DNA of 32,000 nt from assembly GCA_002502855.1 (NCBI GenBank), contig DAQK01000046.1, forward strand, positions 20,652-52,651. The letters run 5' to 3'. Below, in pieces: positions 18,567 through 28,359 of this stretch. The notes beneath the pieces were generated by a model. The model did no database searches, was not told the origin of the DNA, and worked only from the letters and a program-made list of their open reading frames with translations. The position numbers were made by a program, and so were the translations under genes. The stretch comes from Methanobacterium sp. UBA279. GTDB lineage: Archaea; Methanobacteriota; Methanobacteria; Methanobacteriales; Methanobacteriaceae. How positions within the stretch are numbered: the stretch's first letter is position 1; every line of letters begins with the position of its first letter.

Positions 18567-19694
18567 ATGACTAATTTGAGCAAAAAATTGGAAATTCTGG
18601 GTGAAAGTGCCAAGTTCGACCGGTGCAGCTACATCAACACCAACGTCGATAACTTCCTGACCAAGCAATTGCCAGGCATATACAATGCCAGCACCAGAGA
18701 TGGGTGCACAGTGCCTCTATTTAAAGTATTGATGACCAATAAATGCTCAAATGACTGTAGATACTGCATTAATCATAATAAACATAGTTTTAACCGGGTA
18801 GAATTTTCACCTGGAGATGTTACTTCCATTTTCCTTGATTATTATAATAACAGGTTGGTTGAGGGTTTATTTTTAAGTTCTGGCATCCCCCAAGATCCAG
18901 AATATTCCATGGAAAACATGGTGGAAGTGGCCCATAAATTAAGGATGGACCATGGATACCAGGGGTATATCCATTTAAAGATTCTACCAGGCAGTCCCTA
19001 TGATTTAATTAAAAGGGCTGTTAGTTTAGCAGACCGGGTTAGCATCAACCTGGAAGCAGCCACCCCTGAAGGAATGGAGAATCTTTCCAGCACCAAAAAT
19101 TACGATACAGATATTTTAAGGCGTATGAAATGGATTAAAAGGCTTCTCAAGGGTAACAAAGAATTTTCCCCCTCAGGGCAGACCACCCAGTTTCTGGTAG
19201 GTGCTGGTGATGAGACAGACCAGCAGATCCTGGAAAAGGCCAACTGGTTATATGAAAAGATGGACCTTAAAAGAAGTTATTTCAGCCCATTTGAAGCAGT
19301 CAAAGACACACCACTGGAGTCCCATGAAGAACCACATCCAAAAAGGAGTCCAAGGCTATATCAGGCTGATCACCTCCTGAATTCCTATGGATTTGACCTT
19401 AAAGAATTGGTTTTTGATGACGATGGTAACCTGAATTTGGACAGTGATCCTAAATATGTGGCAGCCCAGGCACATGAGGAACACTTCCCAGTGGAGATCA
19501 ACGAAGCATCCTATAAAGATCTTCTCAGAGTCCCGGGAATAGGTAAAATATCAGCCAGAAGAATCATCCAATCTAGAAAACTGGGTAAAAACTTCCTTAA
19601 ATTAGAAGAGCTAAAAAATATAGGCGTGGTCATTAAAAGGGCCGAACCATTCATTAAATTAAATAAAAATTACCAGACCACCCTTGAATTTTAA
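18567..19694 (+). CDS. Radical SAM protein of the putative DNA modification/repair family (rSAM + C-terminal helix-hairpin-helix)
   Basis: CSNDCRYC (Cx3Cx2C) cluster motif. Motifs LEILGESAKFD, EGLFLSSGI, GYIHLKILPG, SGQTTQFLVGA and RLYQADHLL. C-terminal HhH LLRVPGIGKISARRI. The pattern matches the bacterial family usually paired with a UDG-like protein. Confidence 0.75.
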   Translation: MTNLSKKLEILGESAKFDRCSYINTNVDNFLTKQLPGIYNASTRDGCTVPLFKVLMTNKCSNDCRYCINHNKHSFNRVEFSPGDVTSIFLDYYNNRLVEGLFLSSGIPQDPEYSMENMVEVAHKLRMDHGYQGYIHLKILPGSPYDLIKRAVSLADRVSINLEAATPEGMENLSSTKNYDTDILRRMKWIKRLLKGNKEFSPSGQTTQFLVGAGDETDQQILEKANWLYEKMDLKRSYFSPFEAVKDTPLESHEEPHPKRSPRLYQADHLLNSYGFDLKELVFDDDGNLNLDSDPKYVAAQAHEEHFPVEINEASYKDLLRVPGIGKISARRIIQSRKLGKNFLKLEELKNIGVVIKRAEPFIKLNKNYQTTLEF

Positions 19695-19743
19695 TTTTTA
19701 GATGTTATTTTAGGTATTAATCTACTGTTATATGTGATAAGAG

Positions 19744-19794
19744 ATAAGTTATAAGTTTTAACAGGTACACTTATAACTAATAAGTTCTAACTTA
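19744..19794. repeat. AAGTTAT-heptad repeat cluster downstream of the parA cassette
   Basis: ATAAGTTATAAGTT (19744-19757). Its perfect 10-bp inverted copy ACTTATAACT (19769-19778). TAAGTTCTAACTTA (19781-19794). Positions 19768-19790 match 13793-15 at 19/23. Confidence 0.8.
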
Positions 19795-20217
19795 CAACCC
19801 CTTTTCCTCGAATATTTTCCAGATATCCGGATGCCTATCCTTCACAGCTTCCTCAATGAGGAGTGATGCCTCATTGCTTATGCTGAACTCAGGTTTTGTT
19901 TTCTTTAAAAACCTTAAAACTGCAGCTGATTTAGCAGACCATAATGATATCCGTGGATTCTTATGCACTTCCAAAAGTACCGCATCGACGATCTTATCAT
20001 CTACGCTGGGAGTTGATGATTCCTGTATTTGTGTGCTAACATCAGTTTCAGCAGTTTCTGCTTTTTTATCTTTTGAGATTTTTGCAGAACCAGTGCTTTT
20101 TGCCTGTTTTTTCCCTGATTTTTTTGGTCTTTCCTCTTCCTCATCTAGGTAATCCTTCCTTATAAGGGCGTCTAATCCTTTACCAAGGGCATTTTCCGGC
20201 CTTTTTCTGGGTGTCAT
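19792..20217 (-). CDS. ParA partner protein: ParB-like N-terminal peptide, charged linker and small C-terminal helical domain (SegB-like / mini-ParB)
   Basis: The N-terminus MTPRKRPENALGKGLDALI resembles the bacterial ParB/Spo0J N-terminus (basic-GLGRGLDALL). A K/E/S-rich linker follows. The C-terminal ~65 aa look helical. The ATG overlaps the parA stop (ATGA at 20214-20217). Confidence 0.6.
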   Translation of the reverse strand: MTPRKRPENALGKGLDALIRKDYLDEEEERPKKSGKKQAKSTGSAKISKDKKAETAETDVSTQIQESSTPSVDDKIVDAVLLEVHKNPRISLWSAKSAAVLRFLKKTKPEFSISNEASLLIEEAVKDRHPDIWKIFEEKGL

Positions 20218-20999
20218 TTGTTGTCACCCTCACCTTCCATTTGAATGATCTCCTTAGCCAGTTTCTGGTAGGCCTCTGTACCGCTGCATTTTTCATCATA
20301 CAGGATACAGGGGATTCCATGGCTGGGTGCTTCCGCTAACTTAACATTACGGGGAATGGTGGTTTTGAAGATGTGCTCAGTCTCTCCAAAGTACTGTTTC
20401 ACGTTGTTGTAAACATCCCTGCCCAGACGGGTCCTGGAATCATATAAAGTTAAAAGAATTCCCTTGATGGGTGAAGGGCTGTTCAACCTGGTTTTTACCA
20501 GATCCATGGCCTGGATTAAATCAGCCATCCCCTCTAATGCATAAAACTCCGCTTGTATTGGTATGATAACGCTGTTAGAAGCTACAATGGAATTTAAAGT
20601 CAACAATCCAAGGGAGGGTGGGACATCTATGAAAATGTAATCGTAGTTATCAACATATCCATCAACAGCTTCTTTTAAAATTGAATGGGGGCCTATAGTT
20701 TTACTTAATTCCAGTTCTGCCCCGCTTAAGTCGATGTTACTAGGTAACAGATCCAGTTGAGGTATGCTGGTTTGTATTATGGACTCTTCTACGGTGCTTT
20801 GCCCAGATAGAACTGAATAGATAGTATTTATTTGGTTATTTTTCTCCATTCCCAACCCCGTTGTGGCGTTACCCTGGGGATCCATATCTATTACCAGAAC
20901 ATTTCTATCTGAAAGGGCCAGTGCTGCTGCAAGGTTTACTGCAGTGGTAGTTTTCCCACATCCTCCCTTCTGGTTTAATATAGCTATAATCTCGCTCAT
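20214..20999 (-). CDS. parA: Soj/ParA-type partition ATPase (SegA-like)
   Basis: Deviant Walker A ILNQKGGCGKTTTAVNLAAALA. Motifs VIDMDPQGNAT, FIDVPPSLGLLTLN and IPRNVKLAEAPSHG. The preferred start is ATG at 20999 (MSEII), preceded by GGGAGG. The track start 21017 adds 6 aa. Confidence 0.9.
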   Translation of the reverse strand: MSEIIAILNQKGGCGKTTTAVNLAAALALSDRNVLVIDMDPQGNATTGLGMEKNNQINTIYSVLSGQSTVEESIIQTSIPQLDLLPSNIDLSGAELELSKTIGPHSILKEAVDGYVDNYDYIFIDVPPSLGLLTLNSIVASNSVIIPIQAEFYALEGMADLIQAMDLVKTRLNSPSPIKGILLTLYDSRTRLGRDVYNNVKQYFGETEHIFKTTIPRNVKLAEAPSHGIPCILYDEKCSGTEAYQKLAKEIIQMEGEGDNK

Positions 21000-21022
21000 A
21001 AAACAATCCTCCCACATTTAGT

Positions 21023-21056
21023 GATAACTTCTAAATGATAAGTTATAAGTTATAAT
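21023..21056. repeat. AAGTTAT-heptad repeat cluster in the parA promoter region
   Basis: GATAACTT (21023-21030) is inverted relative to ATAAGTTATAAGTTATAA (21038-21055). The cluster lies 40-57 nt upstream of the parA ATG and overlaps the only TATA-like sequence. Confidence 0.8.
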
Positions 21057-21170
21057 ATAAATATTTATCGTTGAATAGGGGTTTATTTAAGCTGATTTTG
21101 TAGAAAATTAGGAGTAATTAAAAAGGAATATTTTAGAGAAATTTTAATGAAAAAAATAAAAAACTTATCC

Positions 21171-22997
21171 TTAAAACTGGACTCTCTGGGATAATTTAAC
21201 GGGTAAAGGAAGCTTCCTAAATGGCATTCCATTTGTTTCCTCTTTTATACGTTCAATCAAAGTTTTTTTATCCATCAAAACTTTATCCTGGGTTTCACGT
21301 ACATTAACCATGAGCTTGTCGCTTTCAAGTTCTTTATCTCCAACGACGATTACATAAGGGACCCAATCCCCTGCAGCGTTACGTATTTTCTTTCCCACAG
21401 TCTCCTGACGGTCATCAACATCCGCCCGTATCTGTTCATTCCGTAATTCCTCTGCTAAAGAGAAAGCAAAGTCCATGTGTCTTTCTGCAATGGGTAAAAC
21501 CCTCACCTGGCTGGGTGAAAGCCACACCGGGAACATGGGCGATTGAACTTCCATCTGAATAGCGCTGTTTTCCAGTAAAGCACCGATCACTCTTTCAATA
21601 CTTCCAGTAGGGCTGCAGTGTATGATTATGGGTGTTTCCTCCTCTTCATCAGGACCTATATACTTAATCCCAAATCTTTCCCCACTTTCTACGTCTATCT
21701 GGATTGTTGGGTTTTCGATGGGCCTGCCTAAATAATCTATTGCAGCGAAATCCATCTTACAGATCCAGTAATGTTTTCTCCTGGGTAAAATCTCTAAAAG
21801 GACTGGTTTTCCCACCTTCTGGGCAGAATCCATGACCCATTCCCTGTTTTCCTCCAGGAAATCTGCGGTAACCCTCATTATTGCCTCGTAGTTGATCTCG
21901 AGGTCCTCACCTGTCTGGGCGCACATGGTGATCTGACTGTCGAACTCCTCCATGGACTGCCCCACATTGGTACAAATGGTATGCATATCAGGCATGGTAA
22001 ATCCCCTGAGTCTTTTAAGGCCTACCACTTCTCCTCTTTTCTCTAAACGGAAGCTGTACGTTGATAACTCATAGATTGCCAGAGGGAGGTTTTTCCAGGT
22101 TAAAAATGTATCAGAAAGTAATCGGAAGGCACCGAAGCAACAGGCGTATCTGAGCATGAGATTCTTACTTTTAGTACCCATACGGTACTGCCTTTCCCCG
22201 AATTTCTCTGCATGGACTCTGATGGCCTCATCACCCAGATCGTACATTATAGGTGTTTCTACCGGCATGGCTCCTCTATCGGTAACCAGATTATAAACAT
22301 AATCTGCAAGTAAATCTCGGATAAGCCTTCCTTTGGGGTACCATCGCAGATGGCCTATATCCGCTGATGGTTCATAGTCAGCCAAATCCTTTTCCCTCAT
22401 GAGTTTTACATGAGGAGGCTCTTCACCAGTTGATTCTAATTCACCCAGTTCATAGGCCACCAGTTTCTCCAGGTCACTGCTCTGGTAAGTGAACTCACCA
22501 GGGTCGTACAGTTCATCTTCACTTAATATATAGAATCTGGAGGGTTCTTCTTCTCCTTTCTCCTCATGTGCTTTTTCCACCACTATGTTCCGGGAAAGCT
22601 CGGAGAGGGGATGTCCTTTACAGGATAGTTCGAAGGATTTATACCAACCAAAAGGTACTCTCTCCACCTTGAGTCCATCTGCTGCTAATACCTCTTTCAT
22701 TTCCTTTAAAATCTTCTTTGCAACGTCGGGCGAGCTTAAAGATGAGCTTAAATGTGCATAAGGATAGATTACTATATTATCTGCTTTTACCTTTGAAAAT
22801 ACGTCTTTTATCTCCTTAACAGCTTTTTCCACAACAGCCTGGGGGTCCTCCTCATCCTGTTTCTCCACAGCAGTGAAAACCACTAAAGAATTTTCAAAGT
22901 GCATTGACTTCTGTTTATCTTCAATATCTTCTGCTATTTTGGTCTTAGACTTAGTTTTATAGTTTATATAATCAGAATGAATCAGTAGTATCCTCAT
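21171..22997 (-). CDS. thrS: Threonyl-tRNA synthetase, archaeal type with N-terminal editing domain
   Basis: Class II motifs ([24 protein letters not shown]). The N-terminus [10 protein letters not shown] is typical of the archaeal editing domain. A C-terminal anticodon-binding domain is present. The start is set to ATG 22997 because the track TTG start (23009) lies inside the SD GGTGAT. Confidence 0.95.
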   Translation of the reverse strand: MRILLIHSDYINYKTKSKTKIAEDIEDKQKSMHFENSLVVFTAVEKQDEEDPQAVVEKAVKEIKDVFSKVKADNIVIYPYAHLSSSLSSPDVAKKILKEMKEVLAADGLKVERVPFGWYKSFELSCKGHPLSELSRNIVVEKAHEEKGEEEPSRFYILSEDELYDPGEFTYQSSDLEKLVAYELGELESTGEEPPHVKLMREKDLADYEPSADIGHLRWYPKGRLIRDLLADYVYNLVTDRGAMPVETPIMYDLGDEAIRVHAEKFGERQYRMGTKSKNLMLRYACCFGAFRLLSDTFLTWKNLPLAIYELSTYSFRLEKRGEVVGLKRLRGFTMPDMHTICTNVGQSMEEFDSQITMCAQTGEDLEINYEAIMRVTADFLEENREWVMDSAQKVGKPVLLEILPRRKHYWICKMDFAAIDYLGRPIENPTIQIDVESGERFGIKYIGPDEEEETPIIIHCSPTGSIERVIGALLENSAIQMEVQSPMFPVWLSPSQVRVLPIAERHMDFAFSLAEELRNEQIRADVDDRQETVGKKIRNAAGDWVPYVIVVGDKELESDKLMVNVRETQDKVLMDKKTLIERIKEETNGMPFRKLPLPVKLSQRVQF

Positions 22998-23251
22998 TTT
23001 TATCACCAATTTTATATCATGTTAAATTTAGATGCGTAATTCTAATTTGATCATGGCCCGTAACATAATCGTTTTATTAATATGATGATATTTAAATTAT
23101 GTAAACGATATTAAATAAAGGAGCAAAAAAATTTTAAAAAACATGTTTTTTAGTAAAATTTTGATGCCCTTAACTTATATAATAATCAATAATGAAGCAT
23201 TATTTTAAAAAAATTATTTTTCAACATAGAGAACAGATTCAAGTTGATAGA

Positions 23252-24907
23252 ATGAGAAGCGATACCATTAAAAAAGGCTTACAAAGAGCACCCCACAGAT
23301 CTTTGCTGCGCGCCTGCGGTGTAACCGACGAGGAAATGAAAAAACCTTTCATCGGTATAGCTAACAGCTTCACAGATATAGTACCCGGACATATTCATCT
23401 TAATCAAATAGCTGAAGCAGTTAAGTTAGGTATAAGTCAAGCAGGTGGCGTGCCCTTTGAATTTTCTACCATGGCCATCTGTGACGGTATCGCCATGAAC
23501 CATGAAGGCATGCGTTACTCCCTGGCCTCCCGGGAGATAGTGGCAGACACCGTGGAAAGCATGGCCCAGGCACACCAGTTCGATGCCCTGGTTCTAATCC
23601 CATCCTGTGATAAAATAGTCCCAGGAATGCTCATGGCCGCTGCCAGGCTGGACATACCCTCCATCGTAGTTACCGGAGGCCCCATGCTACCGGGAATATT
23701 TAAAGATGAACCGGTGGATCTCATAAATGTCTACGAAGCAGTAGGTGCAGTTAACGCTGGTAAAATGACTGAAGAAGAGTTAAGGGAACTGGAAAAATGC
23801 GCCTGCCCGGGTGCGGGTTCATGCGCCGGACTATTTACCGCCAACACCATGGCCTGTCTTACAGAAGCAATGGGTATGAGTTTACCAGGATGCGCCAGCA
23901 GCCACGCTGTTTCCGGGAAGAAAATACAGATCGCCCGATCATCAGGCCGGCAAATCCTCCAACTCCTGGAGAAAAACCTCACACCATCCCAGATAATGAC
24001 CCAGGAAGCCTTTGAAAACGCCGTTATGGTTGATTTAGCACTGGGAGGATCCACCAACACCACGTTACACTTACCCGCCATTGCATATGAACTGGAAGAT
24101 AAAGGAGTTAAGGTAAATCTGGACCTCTTTGAAGAATACAATAAGAAGATACCACATATTGCTTCTATCAGCCCCTCTGGGAAACACACCATGCTAGATC
24201 TGGAACAGGCCGGGGGCATTCCCGCAGTTCTAAAAGTTCTAGAAAAGGAATTAAATGAGGAAGTCTTAACCTGTACTGCACAAAGTCTTAAGGATAATAT
24301 AAAAGATGTCAGTGTATTAGACAGTGAAATAATCAAGCCCCTGGATAATCCAGTCCACAAAGAAGGAGGACTGGCTATTTTAAAGGGTAACCTGGCACCT
24401 GATGGGGCTGTTGTAAAACAAGGCGCGATTGATTCGGATATGCTGGTCCATGAAGGTCCTGCCCGGGTTTATGAGAGTGAAGAAGAATGTGTTAACGCCA
24501 TAAATCAGGGCGAGATAAAGGAAGGAGACGTAATTATAATTAGATATGAGGGACCTAAAGGCGGTCCTGGTATGAGAGAGATGTTAAACCCAACTTCTGC
24601 AATATCTGGAATGGGAATAAAATCTGTGGCACTTATAACTGATGGAAGATTCTCAGGAGGTACCCGAGGCCCGTGTGTCGGCCATGTATCCCCGGAAGCA
24701 GCTGCTGAGGGACCCCTAGCAGCAGTCAAAGATGGTGATATCATCAAAATAGATATACCCCGGAGAAAGTTGGATATTAAAGTTACACCAGAAGAGATAG
24801 ATGAACGGATTAAAAAAGCTGTTAAACCGGACAGACATGTTAAAGGATGGCTAGCCCGGTACAGGAAACTCTCTACTTCCGCAGATAAAGGAGCTATCCT
24901 TAAATAA
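23252..24907 (+). CDS. ilvD: Dihydroxy-acid dehydratase
   Basis: Canonical N-terminus [23 protein letters not shown]. Motifs [11 protein letters not shown] and [15 protein letters not shown]. The start is set to ATG 23252. The track ORF carries a 20-aa extension from 23192. Confidence 0.95.
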   Translation: MRSDTIKKGLQRAPHRSLLRACGVTDEEMKKPFIGIANSFTDIVPGHIHLNQIAEAVKLGISQAGGVPFEFSTMAICDGIAMNHEGMRYSLASREIVADTVESMAQAHQFDALVLIPSCDKIVPGMLMAAARLDIPSIVVTGGPMLPGIFKDEPVDLINVYEAVGAVNAGKMTEEELRELEKCACPGAGSCAGLFTANTMACLTEAMGMSLPGCASSHAVSGKKIQIARSSGRQILQLLEKNLTPSQIMTQEAFENAVMVDLALGGSTNTTLHLPAIAYELEDKGVKVNLDLFEEYNKKIPHIASISPSGKHTMLDLEQAGGIPAVLKVLEKELNEEVLTCTAQSLKDNIKDVSVLDSEIIKPLDNPVHKEGGLAILKGNLAPDGAVVKQGAIDSDMLVHEGPARVYESEEECVNAINQGEIKEGDVIIIRYEGPKGGPGMREMLNPTSAISGMGIKSVALITDGRFSGGTRGPCVGHVSPEAAAEGPLAAVKDGDIIKIDIPRRKLDIKVTPEEIDERIKKAVKPDRHVKGWLARYRKLSTSADKGAILK

Positions 24908-24916
24908 GGTGAATTT

Positions 24917-25354
24917 ATGACGGATACCAAGGAAATACTAAGCTACGTTGCAATTATTATTATTGGAATTCTCCTGGCCCAACACTTAAACGTGGTGGTT
25001 TCCGGGAGTATGGAACCTACCTTCGCCAGAGGAGATGTGGTAGTCATTCAAAAGGCTAATTTTTTCGGCCTATCTGAATTAAACACCACCAATTTAGAGG
25101 TAGGAGACGTAGTAATCTATGATGCAACCTGGTTCCCCGAACCAGTGATACACCGTATCATAGAAAAAGGAACCAGCCCAGATGGAAGATTATATTACGT
25201 AATCAAGGGTGATAATAATCCAGGCCCTGATCAGGCACCAGTATATCCAGAACAGATCCAGGCCAAGGTCATCTCCTTCGGAGAAAATCAGGGTGAAAAC
25301 CTGTTTATAATTCCTTATATAGGTCGAATTACCCTCTGGATAAGAGGATTATGA
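24917..25354 (+). CDS. Signal peptidase I, archaeal/eukaryal Sec11 (S26B) type
   Basis: N-terminal TM helix. Catalytic Ser motif SGSMEPT, plus HRII and KGDNN. SD AGGTGA. Lies 9 nt downstream of ilvD. Confidence 0.85.
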   Translation: MTDTKEILSYVAIIIIGILLAQHLNVVVSGSMEPTFARGDVVVIQKANFFGLSELNTTNLEVGDVVIYDATWFPEPVIHRIIEKGTSPDGRLYYVIKGDNNPGPDQAPVYPEQIQAKVISFGENQGENLFIIPYIGRITLWIRGL

Positions 25355-25427
25355 AATAAATCTCTTAAAAACTTAAAAATATTAAAATACTTCCCCTTTT
25401 TTATGCTTTTTATTTAAGGTGAATCTA

Positions 25428-27269
25428 ATGTTTAGAAAATTACATAGAGATGTAAGAAAGTCTGTCAAAGAAGCTATAATTGAGTTGGGCTGGGATTTAC
25501 CAGATAACATACCAATAGAGGAACCTCCACGTCCTGATATGGGGGATGTGGCAACTTCAGTGGCCTTTGAACTTGCAAGTAAGTTAAAAAGGTCGCCAGT
25601 GAAAATAAACAGAGAATTAATGGAGGTTATCAAAAAACCAACCATCTTCAAAGAAATTAAATCGGTAGGCCCCTACCTCAACTTCTTCATAAACTACCAG
25701 AACTATTCAGAATCCGTACTGGAAACTGTGGATGAAGACTATGGTAAATTAGAAACTATCCATGAAAAAATAATACTGGAACATACATCAGCAAATCCCA
25801 ACGGACCATTACATATTGGACATATCCGAAATTCAATTTTAGGCGATTCTTTAAGCCGTATATTAAGTAATTCAGGATGTACGGTGGAAACACAGTATTA
25901 TGTAAATGATATGGGCCGTCAGATAGCCATGGTTGTCTGGGGATTACTGAACCTGAAATTCGACCCCAGTAAACTGGCCGATCAATCACCTAAGGATATC
26001 GATCCCTACCAGCAAATAGATAACATCATCAAAGAGCACTCAAAACTCAATGATCTGGAAGGGACGTATTTAAACGGACTCAAAAACATCTTATACCTAC
26101 AGATCTTCATAGACGCGGAATTACGCGATCACCAAATCGGTGAACTCTACTTTCAGGTTAACCAGGAACTTAAAAATAACCCAGACCTTAAAGGTGGTGT
26201 TGATGAGTTATTAAGGGTTTATGAAAGGGGTAACGACCCGCTTCTGGGATTTTTCTTTAAAGAAGCAGTAAACGCCTGTTTAGAGGGAATGGACCCCACA
26301 CTCCAGAGGTTGCATGTGCACCATAAACGCTTCATCTGGGAGAGCAAATTTGTCCGGAACGGCTCTGTAGATGAAATAATCACCAAACTTAAAAAAGACG
26401 GCCACACCCAGGAAAATGAGATCCTCTGTTTGAATCTGGAGGATTACGGTATCGAAAAAGAACTGGTGCTCATGAGATCAGATGGCACGTCCCTCTATTC
26501 TACCCGTGACCTAGCCTACCACCTGGAAAAATCAAATGAAAGTGATGTGGTAATCGATATCCTTGGATCAGACCATAAACTGGCCATCCAGCAGATCAGC
26601 ATAGTTCTGGGATTTTTAGATGGTAAATCCCCGGAAGTGATTTTCTATGAATTCATAACTCTTCCTGAGGGTTCCATGTCCACCAGAAGAGGGGTATTCA
26701 TCAGTGTGGATGATCTACTCGAGGAATCCACCGAAAGGGCGATGGAAGAAATTAAGAAGAGGAGAGATGACCTGAGCAATGATGAAGCCAGGGAAATAGC
26801 TGAAAAAATTGGGGTGGGGGCTGTAAGGTTTTATATCGCCCGCCTATCTCCAGAAAAACACATCGTGTTCAAGTGGGATGAAGCACTGAGTTTTGAAAGG
26901 GGCTGCGCCTCTATACAGTATGCTCATGCCCGGGCCTGTAAAATACTCCAGAAAGCAGAATTTGATTCTTCCACTGTGAATCTGGAGGGTATTTTAGGTA
27001 AATATGACCTGAAAAGTCCGGAGAGGGAACTGGTCAAGGTCATATCCCAGTTCACCTGGGTGGTTGAAGAATCCGCCCGCAGTAGAAAAGTCCACCTTGT
27101 CTCACAGTACTGCCTGGACCTGGCCAGTGCCTTCAACAAGTTCTATAAATCCATGCCAGTGATAGGCTCTGAAGAAGAAGAATTCAGACTTGCTCTGGTT
27201 GATAAATCTCGGATAACCCTGAGGAACAGTCTGGAATTACTGGGTATCGATGCCCCGGAATCCATGTAA
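25428..27269 (+). CDS. argS: Arginyl-tRNA synthetase
   Basis: HIGH motif [18 protein letters not shown] motif GSMSTRRG and DALR-type C-terminus. The start is set to ATG 25428 because the track GTG (25419) lies inside the SD AGGTGA. Confidence 0.95.
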   Translation: MFRKLHRDVRKSVKEAIIELGWDLPDNIPIEEPPRPDMGDVATSVAFELASKLKRSPVKINRELMEVIKKPTIFKEIKSVGPYLNFFINYQNYSESVLETVDEDYGKLETIHEKIILEHTSANPNGPLHIGHIRNSILGDSLSRILSNSGCTVETQYYVNDMGRQIAMVVWGLLNLKFDPSKLADQSPKDIDPYQQIDNIIKEHSKLNDLEGTYLNGLKNILYLQIFIDAELRDHQIGELYFQVNQELKNNPDLKGGVDELLRVYERGNDPLLGFFFKEAVNACLEGMDPTLQRLHVHHKRFIWESKFVRNGSVDEIITKLKKDGHTQENEILCLNLEDYGIEKELVLMRSDGTSLYSTRDLAYHLEKSNESDVVIDILGSDHKLAIQQISIVLGFLDGKSPEVIFYEFITLPEGSMSTRRGVFISVDDLLEESTERAMEEIKKRRDDLSNDEAREIAEKIGVGAVRFYIARLSPEKHIVFKWDEALSFERGCASIQYAHARACKILQKAEFDSSTVNLEGILGKYDLKSPERELVKVISQFTWVVEESARSRKVHLVSQYCLDLASAFNKFYKSMPVIGSEEEEFRLALVDKSRITLRNSLELLGIDAPESM

Positions 27270-27275
27270 ATTCAT

Positions 27276-27328
27276 TCTACAGCGAAAATCTGCGTTCTAC
27301 AGTAGATAAATTTCTTCTACTGTAGGAA
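27276..27328. repeat. Three direct repeats TTCTAC(A/T)G at exactly 20-bp spacing, with a 9-11 bp hairpin
   Basis: Copies start at 27276, 27296 and 27316. CTACAGTAG (27298-27306) is the exact reverse complement of CTACTGTAG (27318-27326). Located in the convergent argS/argF intergenic region. Confidence 0.75.
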
Positions 27329-27389
27329 ATATGATTTTAAAAATTAAAATGTTCTGCTATTTTTATCTTAAAAAAATAGAAGTTTCCAC

Positions 27390-28295
27390 TTATTTTTTAC
27401 CCAATAAAATGCTGAGTATGGCCTTCTGCACATGCAACCTGTTTTCCGCCTGGTCCCAGACAGCTGCCTGGCCGCAACTCATCACCTCTTCCGTGATTTC
27501 CTGGCCCCTGATTGCCGGTAAGCAGTGCATCACCATGGCCTGGGGATTAGCGAGGTTTAAAACATCACTGTTAACCTGATATTCGCTTAACATCTTCAGA
27601 CGCTGGTTTACTTCCTCTTCATCACCCATACTGACCCAGACATCGGTGTAAATCACGTCAGCTCCTTTTACCTCGTAAACATCGTTAACCACTTCTAACT
27701 TCGACCCAGACGTTTGAGCATACTTTCTAGCCTGTTCAAGTATCATAACGTCTGGTTCGTAGCCTTCCGGGCTGATCACAGTCATATCCATACCAACCAG
27801 GGAGGCTGCAAGTAACAAAGAATTACATACATTATTTCCATCCCCTAAATAAGTAAGATGCACGTTAAATGTTTTTTTATCCTGGTATATGGTGAATATA
27901 TCAGCTAAAGCTTGACAGGGGTGTTCAAGATTTGTTAACCCATTTATAACAGGGATGGTTGCGTTTTCTGCAAATCTAACCACGTCTGAATGTTCTCTAG
28001 CCCGGATCATCACCCCATTTACGTAGCGGGACATCACCTTGGCCGTGTCCTCTATGGGTTCTCCACGTCCCAGCTGGAGTTCTGATTTAGATAGGTAGAG
28101 GGCATGACCACCCAGCTGCAGCATGCCCACTTCAAAGGATATTCTGGTTCTGGTGGATGATTTTTCGAAAATCATAGCTAATACGTTATTTTTAAGGGTT
28201 TGATAACCCCATGGATCCTTTTTAAGTTTATCCGCCAGTTCCAGTATGTCCAATATGTTATCCTGAGTATCGGTGACTGATAGAAGATGTTTCAT
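27390..28295 (-). CDS. argF: Ornithine carbamoyltransferase
   Basis: Motifs [22 protein letters not shown] and HCLPA. 301 aa. SD AGGAGG. Confidence 0.9.
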   Translation of the reverse strand: MKHLLSVTDTQDNILDILELADKLKKDPWGYQTLKNNVLAMIFEKSSTRTRISFEVGMLQLGGHALYLSKSELQLGRGEPIEDTAKVMSRYVNGVMIRAREHSDVVRFAENATIPVINGLTNLEHPCQALADIFTIYQDKKTFNVHLTYLGDGNNVCNSLLLAASLVGMDMTVISPEGYEPDVMILEQARKYAQTSGSKLEVVNDVYEVKGADVIYTDVWVSMGDEEEVNQRLKMLSEYQVNSDVLNLANPQAMVMHCLPAIRGQEITEEVMSCGQAAVWDQAENRLHVQKAILSILLGKK

Positions 28296-28359
28296 GATAT
28301 TCTTATCCTCCTAAAATTTGGTAATTTGATGTTAATATTTCCTTACCTTAAAGTAATTA

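Noticed and set aside
23192-23251. 20-aa N-terminal extension of ilvD, plus similar track extensions of thrS (22998-23009), argS (25419-25427) and parA (21000-21017)
   Set aside because: The canonical conserved N-termini begin at the internal ATGs. For thrS and argS, the track's TTG/GTG 'starts' fall inside the SD sequence that serves the internal ATG.
23731-24360. 209-aa minus-strand ORF, with neighbours 23515-23724 and 24505-24930
   Set aside because: These are antisense shadows of ilvD, whose identity is unambiguous. They have no motifs and no SD.
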